A stretch of DNA of 64,000 nt from an uncultured Gemmatimonadales bacterium (GTDB lineage: Bacteria > Gemmatimonadota > Gemmatimonadetes > Gemmatimonadales > GWC2-71-9): contig CAVSQW010000017.1 of NCBI GenBank assembly GCA_963730185.1, positions 32,001-96,000 on the forward strand. Reading direction: 5' to 3'. Within the stretch, counting starts at the first letter, position 1. Each line of letters begins with the position of its first letter. Shown in pieces: positions 43,788 to 53,585 of the stretch. Position numbers and translations under genes: made by a program. The notes beneath the pieces were generated by a model that was not told where the DNA came from, ran no database searches, and saw only the letters and a list, made by a program, of their open reading frames with translations.

Positions 43788-44764
43788 CCGTCCATCGAAT
43801 CGAGCAGGGCCGCGGTCCGGTCGATGCCCTCGCGCGGCGCGACGGTCGGCCGCCATTCGAGGGTCCGCTCCAGCCGGGCCACGGCCACGGGCTGGTGGCT
43901 CATCTCCTCCGCCAGTTGGGGCAGATCGCCGAACCCGAGCCGTTCGGGGGCGATGCCGAGGGCGGAGGCCCCGATCTCGATGAAGTGGCGAACCGGGGTC
44001 AGCACCCCGGTCGCGAGATTGAGGACCGGCGGCACCCGGGCTTCGGAGCACCCGAGCCGGACCATTCCCTCCGTGACGTCTCCCACGAACGTGAAGTCCC
44101 GGGTCTGGTCACCGGCGGAGAACGCGATTCGCTCCGAGCTCTTCCGGCCCGCCAACAGGGTCGGCAGCAATCGGCCCGGATGCTCGCCCGGTCCGTAGGC
44201 CGTGAAGATCCGCGCGACCGTGCCGGGAAGGCCCCGCTCCGCCGCCCCGACCACCCATCGGGTCCCGGCCAGCTTGGTCCGGCCGTAATCGGTGGTGGGA
44301 GCGGGAGGGGTTTCTTCCCGGAGATCGCCACCCACCGCGCCGTACTCCAACGCCGAGCCGGCGTGCACCAAGGCCAGCCCGGTCCAGGCCGGGTCCCGCC
44401 GGCGGGGAAGGGTCTCGGCGAGGCGGCGAGGCACGTCCTCGTTGAGGGCCCGAGCGAGCGACGGGTCACGCTCCCCGCGGTCGATGCCGTACCCCGCCAG
44501 ATTGAACACCACGGCCGGCCGGACCTCGGCCAGCAGGTGCTCGAGATCGGCCTCGCGGCCGAGGTCGAGGGGGACGATCTCCCCGTGAGCGCCATATCGG
44601 TCGAGCGTGGGGCGCCCGGTGGCGAACTCGCGGACGGCGAGCCAGGTTCGGGCGCCGGTGGGCGCGAGGTGCCGAGCCACCCAGCGGCCGATGAATCCGG
44701 AGGCTCCGAGCACGACGATCCGGGCCCCGAGGTAGGGTCCGAGGTGGTTTGGGGTCGGGGTCAT
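43784..44764 (-). CDS. NAD-dependent epimerase/dehydratase/reductase
   Basis: LGASGFIG, VFNLAGYG, GSALEYG, YGRTK, RIFTAYGPGE, RDFTFV. Confidence 0.88.
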   Translation of the reverse strand: MTPTPNHLGPYLGARIVVLGASGFIGRWVARHLAPTGARTWLAVREFATGRPTLDRYGAHGEIVPLDLGREADLEHLLAEVRPAVVFNLAGYGIDRGERDPSLARALNEDVPRRLAETLPRRRDPAWTGLALVHAGSALEYGAVGGDLREETPPAPTTDYGRTKLAGTRWVVGAAERGLPGTVARIFTAYGPGEHPGRLLPTLLAGRKSSERIAFSAGDQTRDFTFVGDVTEGMVRLGCSEARVPPVLNLATGVLTPVRHFIEIGASALGIAPERLGFGDLPQLAEEMSHQPVAVARLERTLEWRPTVAPREGIDRTAALLDSMDG

Positions 44765-45014
44765 GCCCGGTCTCCGATGGGGTCTCGCATGGGGCTCCCG
44801 AGCCGGGGGGGCTCCCCCCCTGCTACCGGAAATGGTTGTAGTGCCTTAGTTTACTGCCGCGTACCGCAGACGGGGAGCGGCACTGGGCCGCCCCCGACAT
44901 ATCTCCCTCAAGCGCCCCGATCGGGGTTCCCGAGCCGAATCCCCGCGACCGTAAGGACGGTGCGGTGAGCGGCGGGAACTCAAGCCTTTCGGGGCTCGTG
45001 GAGCCAACGACGAC

Positions 45015-46703
45015 GTGACCAGTCCCGCCTCGCGGGCCGGCCGACAGGCCGTACCCGCCCCTACAGCCGCCCATTCGATTCATGCGCCGCACGCGGCCCT
45101 CCTGATCGACTTCGACAACGTGACCCTGGGGATTCGCTCCGATCTCACCAAGGAGCTCAAGCCCCTCCTCAACAGCGACATCATCCGCGGCAAGGTCGCG
45201 GTGCAGCGGGCCTACGCCGACTGGCGCCGGTATCCGCAGTACATCGTGCCGCTGTCCGGAGTCGTTCGATCGATCTGATCTTCGCCACGGCGGTGGGATC
45301 GAACAAGAAGAACGCGACCGACATCCGACTCGCGATCGACGCGATCGAGCTGGTGTTCACCCGGCCCGAGATCGGCACCTTCATCCTGCTTTCGGGCGAC
45401 AGTGACTTCTCCTCGCTGGTGATCAAGCTCAAGGAATACGGCAAGTACGTCATCGGCGTCGGGATCCGGGAGTCGGCCAGCGATCTCCTGATCCAGAACT
45501 GCGACGAGTACTACTCCTACAGCGAGCTGGCCGGTCTCCACAAGGAGAGCGACACGCCGTCGGCTCAGCGCGACCCCTGGGAGCTGGTCCGCGAGGCCGT
45601 GGCCCAGATGGCCCGCCAGGGCGACGTGATGCGGTCCGATCGGCTGAAGCAGGTCATGCAGCAGATCGACCCGAACTTCGACGAGCGAAACGCCAGCTTC
45701 AGTCGGTTCAGCAAGTTCGTCGCCGAAGCGGCCAACCGCTCGCTGCTCAAGCTGGCCAAGCTCGACAACGGGCAGTTCGAGGTGGCGCCCATGGACGGGG
45801 CTGCGCCGTCGGCACCGGAGGCGAAGGGCGAGCCGGAGGAGGGCGGTCGAGGCCGGGGCCGGAGCCGCCGGGGACGGGGAGACCGGGATCGTGATCGTGA
45901 TCGGGACCGCGATCGAGGGCAGCGGGGTGGGGGACGTCGGGCCGAGGAGGCCCCGAAGGCGGCGGCCGAGCGCCCAGCGGCCGAGCGCCCGCGGCGGCGC
46001 CAGGCGCCCGACCGCCTGACGCTTGGAGCGGCGTTCGAGCTGATGACCCGAAGCTCTGGAGGAGCTGGGCAAGCCGGTGGATCACGAGAGCTTGCGGGCC
46101 CGGATGGCGGCGCTTCACGGACGCGAGGACGGGTTGCTCGAGCCGAGCCGGTTCGGTCGGCTGCTCCGCCAGGCGAACGACGCGGAGATCGCCGACGTGC
46201 GGAAGGTTGGCGACGACGAGTACGAGGTGGCGATGCCGCGCGACCGGGCTCGCGTCCGAGCCGCGTCGGCGCCGGCGAGTCAGGCCCGCCCCGCCGCCGA
46301 GGCCCCGACCGAGACGCCGACTTCTGGCGCGGAGAACGGTGAGCCTGCGGCCGACGAGGCGGGCGACGGCGATCCCGGGGCCGGGCGGACCTCGACCCTG
46401 CGATTCCGCCGTGGCTCGCGAGGCGGCGCCGTCAAGGCGCAGGACATTCCGCTGATCGGCGTGGTGGACATGGAGCCCGAGGAGGCGCCGGCGCCGGCGG
46501 CGAAGCCCGAGCCGAAGACGCGGACCCGGCGGTCAGGCGCCAAACGAAAGTCGGCCCAGTCGAAGGCCAAGCCCGCGGCGTCGTCCGAGGCGGCCCCGGC
46601 CGACCCGCCGACCGAGGCGGCCACCACCCGGGATCCTGCCCCGGCCAAGAAGGCGACCAAGCCTCGGGCCCGCCGGGGGCGGGGCAAGGCCAAGCCGTCC
46701 TGA
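45015..46703 (+). CDS. NYN (LabA/DUF88 PIN-like) nuclease with OST-HTH/LOTUS domain(s) and low-complexity regions; frameshifts near 45260-45290 and 46050
   Basis: ALLIDFDNV, RAYADW, KNATDIRLAIDA, LSGDSDFSSL, VIGVG, LKQVMQQIDPNFDERNASFSRFSKFV. Confidence 0.85.
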
Positions 46704-47272
46704 CCCGGCCACTCCCGGAACGATTCTTTCGCCGCCCCGCCGAGCTCGTTGCCCGAGAGCTCCTCGGGGCGGTGATCGTTTCCGACCTCGGTGGCGCCCG
46801 GGTCAGGGGGCGGATCGTGGAAACCGAGGCCTATCTCGGATCCGACGACCCGGCCTCGCATGCCTACCGAGGTCGTCGCCATCCGGGCAACGAGTCGCTC
46901 TACCTCGCCCCGGGGCACTGGTACGTGTATCGCTCCTACGGGATCCACTGGTGCGCCAATCTGGTCGCCGCCCCACCGGGACGGGGCGGGGCGGTGCTGC
47001 TCCGGGGCCTCGAGGTGCTCGAGGGCCGGGAGGTGGTCGCCCGCCGGCGGCCCGGGGTGCGGGAAGCGCTGTGGACCGACGGCCCAGGCAAGCTCTGCCA
47101 GGCGCTGGCGATCGATCGCGGGCTGGACGGGTACAAGATGAGAGCCTCGCCGGTCACGATCTGGCCGGGCGAGGCTCCCGAGGAGGGCTCGATTGCGGTG
47201 ACGCCAAGGATCGGCCTCACCAAGGCGGCCGATTGGCCGCTGCGCTATCTGGTCAGTACCCGCCGCCCTTGA
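46700..47272 (+). CDS. mpg: DNA-3-methyladenine glycosylase (AAG/MPG family)
   Basis: FFRRPAELVARELLG, GRIVETEAY, DPASHAY, YVYRSYGIHWCANLV, AVLLRGLE, GPGKLCQAL, PRIG; homology extends upstream of GTG 46772 to a CTG at 46700. Confidence 0.9.
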   Translation: MTRPLPERFFRRPAELVARELLGAVIVSDLGGARVRGRIVETEAYLGSDDPASHAYRGRRHPGNESLYLAPGHWYVYRSYGIHWCANLVAAPPGRGGAVLLRGLEVLEGREVVARRRPGVREALWTDGPGKLCQALAIDRGLDGYKMRASPVTIWPGEAPEEGSIAVTPRIGLTKAADWPLRYLVSTRRP

Positions 47273-47915
47273 CGCCTTCCTTGGCGCTGCCGAGCGAGAA
47301 TCGAAGGCCGCCGGTCAGGGCGTGCGTCGCGCCCCGGAGCAGGTGGCCCGCCGCAGGCGATGTGCTCAGCTGATACTGTCCGAACGCCATCACCCGGCCG
47401 ATTCTGAACTGGACGCCGGCCACCAGCGAGGCGAAGCCGTCGGTCGATCGCTGGTCAGCCGCGGTCTTGGCGGTGGCCGCGGCGATCGGCGAGGTGAAGA
47501 ACCCCTGCGGCTGCGGGTCGACGACCTGAATCAGGCCGAACCCGAGGCCGAAGTACGGCTGGGTGTTTCCCCGAATCGGATAGCCGACGAGGGTGGCGGA
47601 GTAGCGTCGGATCATGTCGAACTGAACGCCGCGTACGCCGGCGTTGGCCGTGTTGTCCGCGTAGCCGCTCACCTCGTTGCTACCGAACGCCTGATCGACC
47701 GAGACGAGGAGGCCGGTTCGCTTGGCCACCACCAGGAGCTGGCCCCCAGCGGTCGGAACCCAGGCCCTGGTCTGGGACGGGGTTTCGAACCCCAGGACGC
47801 CGCCGGCGCCGCCGACGTACCAGCGGAAGGAGTCGTCCCACTGCTGGGCCGAGGCCGCGGTCCAGCTCAGGGCCAGGCCGAGGGCGGCGACAGAAAGGAC
47901 TCGGGTAACGCGCAT
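47253..47915 (-). CDS. Outer-membrane beta-barrel protein (small, probably 8-stranded)
   Basis: Signal peptide ending ASA-QQ, WYVGGAGG, QPYFGLGFG, AGVQFR, GGLRFSLG alternating strands. Confidence 0.7.
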   Translation of the reverse strand: MRVTRVLSVAALGLALSWTAASAQQWDDSFRWYVGGAGGVLGFETPSQTRAWVPTAGGQLLVVAKRTGLLVSVDQAFGSNEVSGYADNTANAGVRGVQFDMIRRYSATLVGYPIRGNTQPYFGLGFGLIQVVDPQPQGFFTSPIAAATAKTAADQRSTDGFASLVAGVQFRIGRVMAFGQYQLSTSPAAGHLLRGATHALTGGLRFSLGSAKEGVKGGGY

Positions 47916-48209
47916 GAACAGCCTCCGTCGAGACAGTCGCACCTGCATAGAGGGCGGAGTGTGACCCCCCGTCCTTAGGCAAACCCCGTGCTCAGGCCAC
48001 TTTCTGCATCGGCTGACCAGAAGTTAGACGGTGTTCACCTGGTTCCGGAGCCGAAGATCTCGCCATAAGTGTAATGGTTACATTGCCTTGTAGTGAAGTC
48101 CCCTGGTCGGCAATCGACCGTGCCGCCCGGCTGGTCGAGAAACGGCCGGACCGTGTGGCCCGGGCGGACCCGGGTTTTTTCTGGGGTCTTGGGGAGTTCC
48201 GCCAGACCC

Positions 48210-49409
48210 CTAGATCAGTCCCAACTGCCGTCCGACCTTGGCGAAGGCCCGGAGGGCCTCGTCCAGGTCGTCCCGGGAGTGGGCGCCGGAGATCTGGCAG
48301 CGCACCCGGGCCGTGCCCTGAGGCACCACGGGGTATCCGAAACCGGTCACGAAGACCCCCTCGTCCAAGAGCAGCTCGCTCATCCGAATGGCGTGGGCAG
48401 TCTCGCCGATGATCACCGGGACGATCGGGGTCTCCCCCTCCAGCGGCTTGAAGCCCAGCTCGGCCAGAGCTCCCCGGAAGTAGCGGGTGTTGTCCTGGAG
48501 CTTCCGGACCCGCTCCGGATGGGCCTCGACGTAGTGGATGGCGGCCAGGCCGGCGGCGGCCACGGCCGCGGGGAGGGCGTTGGTGAAGAGCTGGGGCCGG
48601 GCCCGCTGGATCAGGTAGTCGGTTACCGCGGGCGACCCCGCCACGAACCCGCCGGCACCGCCGGACAGCGCCTTCCCGAGGGTGGTGGTGATGACGTCGA
48701 CCTCGCCGAGGAGACCGAAATGCTCGGCGGTGCCGCGGCCGGTCGCGCCCAGCACGCCGGTCGAGTGGCTGTCGTCCACAACCAGTACGGCGCCGTGCTT
48801 CCGGCAGACGGTCAGGAGGTCGGGCAGGTTCACGATTGCACCCTCCATCGAGAACACGCCGTCGGTGATGACCATCTTGACCTGGCGGTCGGACGCCGCG
48901 GCCAGCTTGGCGTCCAGGTCCTTCATGTCGTTGTGCTCGTAGACGCCGGTCTGGCACTTGGTAATCGACTTGGCCAGCCGGACACCGTCGATGATGGAAG
49001 CGTGATTGAGCCGGTCGCTGAGGACCAGGTCGTGCTCGGTCAGCACCGTGGCGGGGAGCGCCTCGTTGGCGTTCCAGCAGCTCATGAACGAGAGGGATGA
49101 CTCGGTGCCGACGAACCGGGCCAGGGCGGCCTCGAGGTCGCGGTGGAGGGTGAGCGTGCCGCAGATGAATCGGACCGAGGCGGAGCCGGCGCCGAACTGG
49201 TCGAAGGCGGCCTTGCCGGCGGCGACGACCTCGGGCTGGTTGGAAAGGCCGAGGTAGTTGTTGGAGGAGAGAATGATGACCTCACCCCGACCCTCCATCC
49301 TGACCCGGGCCGCCTGGGGACCCTCGAGGAAGTTGAGGCGCTTGTAGACGCCGTCCGTCCGGAATTGGGCGATCTCGTGGGTGAGGCGGGTGTCGAGAGC
49401 GTTGCTCAT
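48210..49409 (-). CDS. kbl: Glycine C-acetyltransferase (2-amino-3-ketobutyrate CoA ligase)
   Basis: SSNNYLGL, SVRFICGT, NHASIIDG, DGVFSMEG, DDSH, TLGKA, YPVVPQGTARVR; follows tdh. Confidence 0.93.
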   Translation of the reverse strand: MSNALDTRLTHEIAQFRTDGVYKRLNFLEGPQAARVRMEGRGEVIILSSNNYLGLSNQPEVVAAGKAAFDQFGAGSASVRFICGTLTLHRDLEAALARFVGTESSLSFMSCWNANEALPATVLTEHDLVLSDRLNHASIIDGVRLAKSITKCQTGVYEHNDMKDLDAKLAAASDRQVKMVITDGVFSMEGAIVNLPDLLTVCRKHGAVLVVDDSHSTGVLGATGRGTAEHFGLLGEVDVITTTLGKALSGGAGGFVAGSPAVTDYLIQRARPQLFTNALPAAVAAAGLAAIHYVEAHPERVRKLQDNTRYFRGALAELGFKPLEGETPIVPVIIGETAHAIRMSELLLDEGVFVTGFGYPVVPQGTARVRCQISGAHSRDDLDEALRAFAKVGRQLGLI

Positions 49410-50449
49410 GACGCGATCTCCAGAATGACTTTGCCGGCCCGACCGTCCTTGATGACCGCGATCGCGTCGGCGATCGCCTCGATCGGGAAGCGGTGGGTCA
49501 CGACGGGGGTGGGGTCGAACTGTCCGCTCCGGATCAGCCGCCCCATCGTGTTCCAGGTCGAGTACATCTTGCGGCCGGTCACGCCGTAGAGGGTGAGCCC
49601 CTTGAAGATCACTTCCTTCGCGAAATCCACCTCGGTGCTCCGGCTCGGGGTGCCGAGCATGTTGACGCGGCCGCCGAGTCGGGCGGCGGCGAAGGCCTGG
49701 GCATGGCCGGCCGGGTGGCCGCTCATTTCGCAGACCAGGTCGGCGCCGTTGCCGTGGGTGGCGTCGAGGACCCGGGCGACGACATCGTCGCGGTTCGGGT
49801 TGAGAGTGAGCTGGGCGCCCATCGTCCGAGCCAGCTCGAGCCGCATCTCGTTGGTGTCGCTGGCCACGACGACCGAGGCCCCGGCGGCCTGGGCGATGCC
49901 CACCGCGAAAAGGCCGATCGGGCCGCAGCCCAGCACGAAGACGGTGCTGCCCGGCAGCTCGACGCCTTCGAGCACGGTATGGACCGCGTTCCCGATCGGA
50001 TCCATGATGGCGCCCACGTCGACCGGGATGCCGTGGAGCTTCATCACGTTCGACACCGGCATCGCGATGTAGTCGGCGAAGGCGCCGTCCCGATCGACGC
50101 CGATGATCCGGGTCCGCTTGCAGAGATGCGAGTAGCCGGTCCGGCACTGGAGGCAGTGCCCGCAGACGATGTGGCCCTCGGCGGTGACCAGGTCGCCGAC
50201 TTGGAGGATGCCGGCGGCGCGGGCGTCTTCGCCCAGCTCCACGATCTCGCCGGCGAACTCGTGCCCGATCACCACCGGCGGCTCCATCCGGCCGCTGGCC
50301 CAGCGATCCCACTCCCAGATGTGGAGGTCGGTGCCGCAGACGCCGGCGGCGTGCACCTTGATCAGCACGTCGGCGGGACCCGCCGCGGGCATGGGCACGT
50401 CCTCCAGAGTCATGCCGACCCCAGGTTTCGTCTTGACGATCGCTCGCAT
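49406..50449 (-). CDS. tdh: L-threonine 3-dehydrogenase
   Basis: GVCGTDLHIWEWD, GHEF, EGHIVCGHCLQC, DPIGNAVHT, GCGPIG, EMSG, GVTGRKMYSTW. Confidence 0.93.
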   Translation of the reverse strand: MRAIVKTKPGVGMTLEDVPMPAAGPADVLIKVHAAGVCGTDLHIWEWDRWASGRMEPPVVIGHEFAGEIVELGEDARAAGILQVGDLVTAEGHIVCGHCLQCRTGYSHLCKRTRIIGVDRDGAFADYIAMPVSNVMKLHGIPVDVGAIMDPIGNAVHTVLEGVELPGSTVFVLGCGPIGLFAVGIAQAAGASVVVASDTNEMRLELARTMGAQLTLNPNRDDVVARVLDATHGNGADLVCEMSGHPAGHAQAFAAARLGGRVNMLGTPSRSTEVDFAKEVIFKGLTLYGVTGRKMYSTWNTMGRLIRSGQFDPTPVVTHRFPIEAIADAIAVIKDGRAGKVILEIAS

Positions 50450-50453
50450 GCTT

Positions 50454-50675
50454 GGGTAGGGAGTGGGGAGTAGTGAGTGGGGAGTAGTAAGTCGGGAGCA
50501 GGGAGTGAGTTGGGAGTCGTGAGTAGGGGAATGTAGCGGGATCATGCCGAGATTGTGACGTCGGGACGAGCCCCGGCGGGGGAGTGGGCAGGAGGACAGT
50601 GATCGCCGTGGCAGTACCCTACTCCCGATTCCCTACTCCCTCCCTATTCCCTATTCCCAATTCCCTACTCCCAAT
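50454..50675. repeat. Two inverted arrays of heptamer tandem repeats around an ~88-nt spacer
   Basis: Left arm about 10 x AGTNGKG (50454-50528); right arm about 8 x CCCNAYT (50617-50675). Confidence 0.85.
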
Positions 50676-53585
50676 CTTCACTGCGCAGACCTTGAACTCC
50701 GCGATCTTCGCGTAGGGATCGAGCGCCGGGTTGGTGAGCAGGTTGGCGGCGGCCTCGCGGAAGTGCATCGGAATGAACACCTGGCCGGCGGCCTGGCGAT
50801 TCGAGACCCGGACGCCGATCAGGATCGAGGCCCGGCGGGAGGCCACCTCCACCGTGTCGCCGTCGGCGACACCCAGCGCCGCCGCGTCGGACGCGGCCAT
50901 CTCCACCACCGGGACGGGCTCCCGCGAATCGAGTCCGCGGGACCGGCGGGTCATGGTACCGGTGTGCCAGTGGACCATCTGACGCCCGGTGTTGAGGAAG
51001 AACGGGTACTCGTCGTCGGGCAACTCCGCGGCCGGGAGGAACTCCACCGGCACGAACAGGGCCCGACCGTCCGGGGTCGGGAAGCGCTCGGCGAAGAGAA
51101 ACGCGGTGCCCGTCGAGTCGGGGGTGGGGACCGGGTACTGAACGGCGCCCTCGCGGCGGAGCTTCTGGTGCGACACCCCCCGCCAGTTCGGGGTAACCCG
51201 GGCGATCTCGTCCATCGCCTCCTCGGCGGTCCGGTACGGGGTGGCCAGCCCCAGCCGCTCGCTCATCTCGATCAGGATATCGAGGTCCTTGCGGGCACTC
51301 CCCGGGAGCGAGACCGCGGTTTCGGTGAGTTGGATGTGCCGATCGGTGTTGACGTAGGTGCCCTCCTTCTCGGCGAAGGACGAGCCGGGGAGCACCACGT
51401 CCGCCCAGCGGGCGGTCTCGGTCAGGAAGAGGTCGTGCACCACCAGGAACTCGAGCTTCCGGACCCATTCCTCCGCCTTCGAGACGTTGGGGTCGGAGAG
51501 GACCGGGTTCTCGCCCATGATGTACATCGCCCGGACCGGGCTTCCCGCCTTGACGATCTCGGTGACCATCAGGCCTTCGTCGAGCGAGAGCGATTCCGGG
51601 GGCACCCCCCAGGCGGCCGCGTACTCGGCCCGAATCTGGGGGTCCTTCACCGAACGGTAGTCCGTGTACACGAACGGGATCGCGCCCACGTCGCTCGCGC
51701 CCTGGACGTTGTTCTGTCCCCGAATCGGGAGCATCGCGCTGCCCCACCGGCCCACCATCCCGCAGGCCAGCATCAGATTGAGCAGGCTTGCCACGATGTC
51801 GGTGCCGGTGGAGTGCTGGGTGAGGCCCATCGCCCAGAGGGTCGAGGTATTGGGGCCCCGGGCGTAGAGCTCCGCCGCCCGGCGGATGGTCTCGGCCGGG
51901 ATGCCGGTGATTCTGGACGTGAGCTCGAGCGAGTACGGGGCCACCGCCGCCTTCACGGTCTCGAACTCGCGGGTCCGGTCGGCGACGAATCGTTCGTCCA
52001 CCAGGCCGGCCGCGATGATGTGCGCCAGCATCCCGTTGAACAGGGCGACGTCGGTGCCGGGCAGCATCTGGAGGTGGACGTCGGCCCGGGCGGCCAGCTC
52101 GGTCCGGCGCACGTCGGCGACGACCAGCTTGGCGCCCCGGGCGTGGGCCCGTTTGATCAGGGCGCCGAAGACCGGGTGCGACTCGGTGGTATTGGCGCCC
52201 GCGATGAAGATCACGTCGCAGGCTTCCTCGATCTCGCGCATCGAGCCGGAAGCGGCCGAGGTGGCGAGCGCCCGACTCATGGCGGCGACCGAGGTGGAAT
52301 GACAGAGCCGGGTGCAGTGGTCGACGTTGTTGGTTCGGAAGCCGCCCCGGACCATCCGCATCAGGGTGTAGTTCTCCTCGTTGGAGCACTTGGCCGAGGA
52401 GAAGGAGGCCAGGGCGTGGGGCCCGATCTCGTCGCGCACCCGGCGGAGCTCCTGGGCGGCCAGGCTCATGGCCTCGTCCCAGGTCGCGGGCCGGAACACG
52501 TCGTACCAGTCGGCCGGCGTGGCCACCCGGTCGCGGGCGTCGGCTTGGTCCTCGCGACGGGGCCCCATCATGAGGGGTTTCCCGACCTGCCGCTCCGGGG
52601 GCCGCGGCTTGCGGCCCTTGGCGCCCTGGGCCACGGTGTCCCAGGCGCCGGTCCGATAGCGGGGGCGTTCGCCGGTCCAGACCCACCGGTCGCCTCTTTG
52701 CTCCCATCCGATCCGGATCAGGGGAGTCGTGAGCCGGTCGCGGTGTTGGGGGAAGTCGTAGCCGAAGCGGCCCTTGATGCAGGTCGACCCCTGGTTGGGG
52801 GTCCGTTCCTCGATCCAGGGCGAGGTGACCCGCATGACCCGGTCGTCCTTGACGTGGACGTTGATCTGGCAGCCGACGCCGCAGTACGGACAGACCGACC
52901 GGGCCACCGTGTCCGGCGCCGCCAGCTGCTCGGGCGAGAACTGGCGGCGGGGCAGGACTTCGAAGATCGCATCGGTGGGGCAGACCCGGACGCACTCCCC
53001 GCACCAGGTGCACCCGGCGTGGTCGGGATCGCCGTCGCCACCCACGATGATCCGGGTTTCCGCCCCCCGTTCCGCGACGTCGAGCACGCCGACCTCCTGG
53101 ATATCCTCGCAGGCCCGGACACACCGGGTGCAGAGGATGCAGAGGCTCATGTCGTGCTGGATCATCACGTCGCCGGGGCGCTCGTCGCCGCCCCTGAGGC
53201 CGAGGTCGGAGCGGGAGCGGGGGACGACGTCGTTCTCGACGACGTACCGCTCGAACTCGTTGCGGGGATTGGCGCGGCCGCCGTTGCCCAGGTGCTCGGC
53301 CGGATATCGCTCGAGGAGCAGGCCCAGGACGCTCTGGCGGTTCGCGACGCACTCCGGCGAGTCCGTCTTCACCACCATCCCGTCGGCGGCTGGGGTAAAG
53401 CAGGCCGGCGTGAGTTTGGGATTGCCCTCGACCGCGACCAGGCAGACGCGGCAGTTGGCCACGACCGGGAGCTTCGGGTACCAGCAAAGGGTCGGAATCT
53501 CGACGCCGTGCTCGCGGGCCGCTTCGAGAATCGTCTGACCCGGCTTGAACTCAACGGCGGTGCCGTTGATCGTGAAATGCGGCAT
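50619..53585 (-). CDS. fdhF: Formate dehydrogenase alpha subunit-like Mo/W-bisPGD enzyme with N-terminal 2Fe-2S/4Fe-4S domains
   Basis: IPTLC, CRVC, CILCTRCVRAC, CTWCGECVRVCP, CPYCGVGC, CIKGRFG, NVDHCTRLCHS, RGQNNVQG, EKEGT, HWHTGTMTRRS, EFKVCAV. Confidence 0.88.
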   Translation of the reverse strand: MPHFTINGTAVEFKPGQTILEAAREHGVEIPTLCWYPKLPVVANCRVCLVAVEGNPKLTPACFTPAADGMVVKTDSPECVANRQSVLGLLLERYPAEHLGNGGRANPRNEFERYVVENDVVPRSRSDLGLRGGDERPGDVMIQHDMSLCILCTRCVRACEDIQEVGVLDVAERGAETRIIVGGDGDPDHAGCTWCGECVRVCPTDAIFEVLPRRQFSPEQLAAPDTVARSVCPYCGVGCQINVHVKDDRVMRVTSPWIEERTPNQGSTCIKGRFGYDFPQHRDRLTTPLIRIGWEQRGDRWVWTGERPRYRTGAWDTVAQGAKGRKPRPPERQVGKPLMMGPRREDQADARDRVATPADWYDVFRPATWDEAMSLAAQELRRVRDEIGPHALASFSSAKCSNEENYTLMRMVRGGFRTNNVDHCTRLCHSTSVAAMSRALATSAASGSMREIEEACDVIFIAGANTTESHPVFGALIKRAHARGAKLVVADVRRTELAARADVHLQMLPGTDVALFNGMLAHIIAAGLVDERFVADRTREFETVKAAVAPYSLELTSRITGIPAETIRRAAELYARGPNTSTLWAMGLTQHSTGTDIVASLLNLMLACGMVGRWGSAMLPIRGQNNVQGASDVGAIPFVYTDYRSVKDPQIRAEYAAAWGVPPESLSLDEGLMVTEIVKAGSPVRAMYIMGENPVLSDPNVSKAEEWVRKLEFLVVHDLFLTETARWADVVLPGSSFAEKEGTYVNTDRHIQLTETAVSLPGSARKDLDILIEMSERLGLATPYRTAEEAMDEIARVTPNWRGVSHQKLRREGAVQYPVPTPDSTGTAFLFAERFPTPDGRALFVPVEFLPAAELPDDEYPFFLNTGRQMVHWHTGTMTRRSRGLDSREPVPVVEMAASDAAALGVADGDTVEVASRRASILIGVRVSNRQAAGQVFIPMHFREAAANLLTNPALDPYAKIAEFKVCAVKIGSRELGIGNREGVGNRE

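Noticed and set aside
44791..44937. Near-direct 15-bp repeat GGGGYTCCCGAGCCG in a divergent intergenic region
   Set aside because: Only two GC-rich copies; could be chance, no supporting context
45880..45916. GATCGT-like hexamer repeat as a DNA-level element
   Set aside because: Synonymous variation shows it encodes an Arg-Asp repeat in the NYN protein
50454..50675. Possible CRISPR array
   Set aside because: 7-bp tandem units without unique spacers; no cas genes
52290..52320. Selenocysteine in FdhF
   Set aside because: The active-site codon is Cys in an uninterrupted frame
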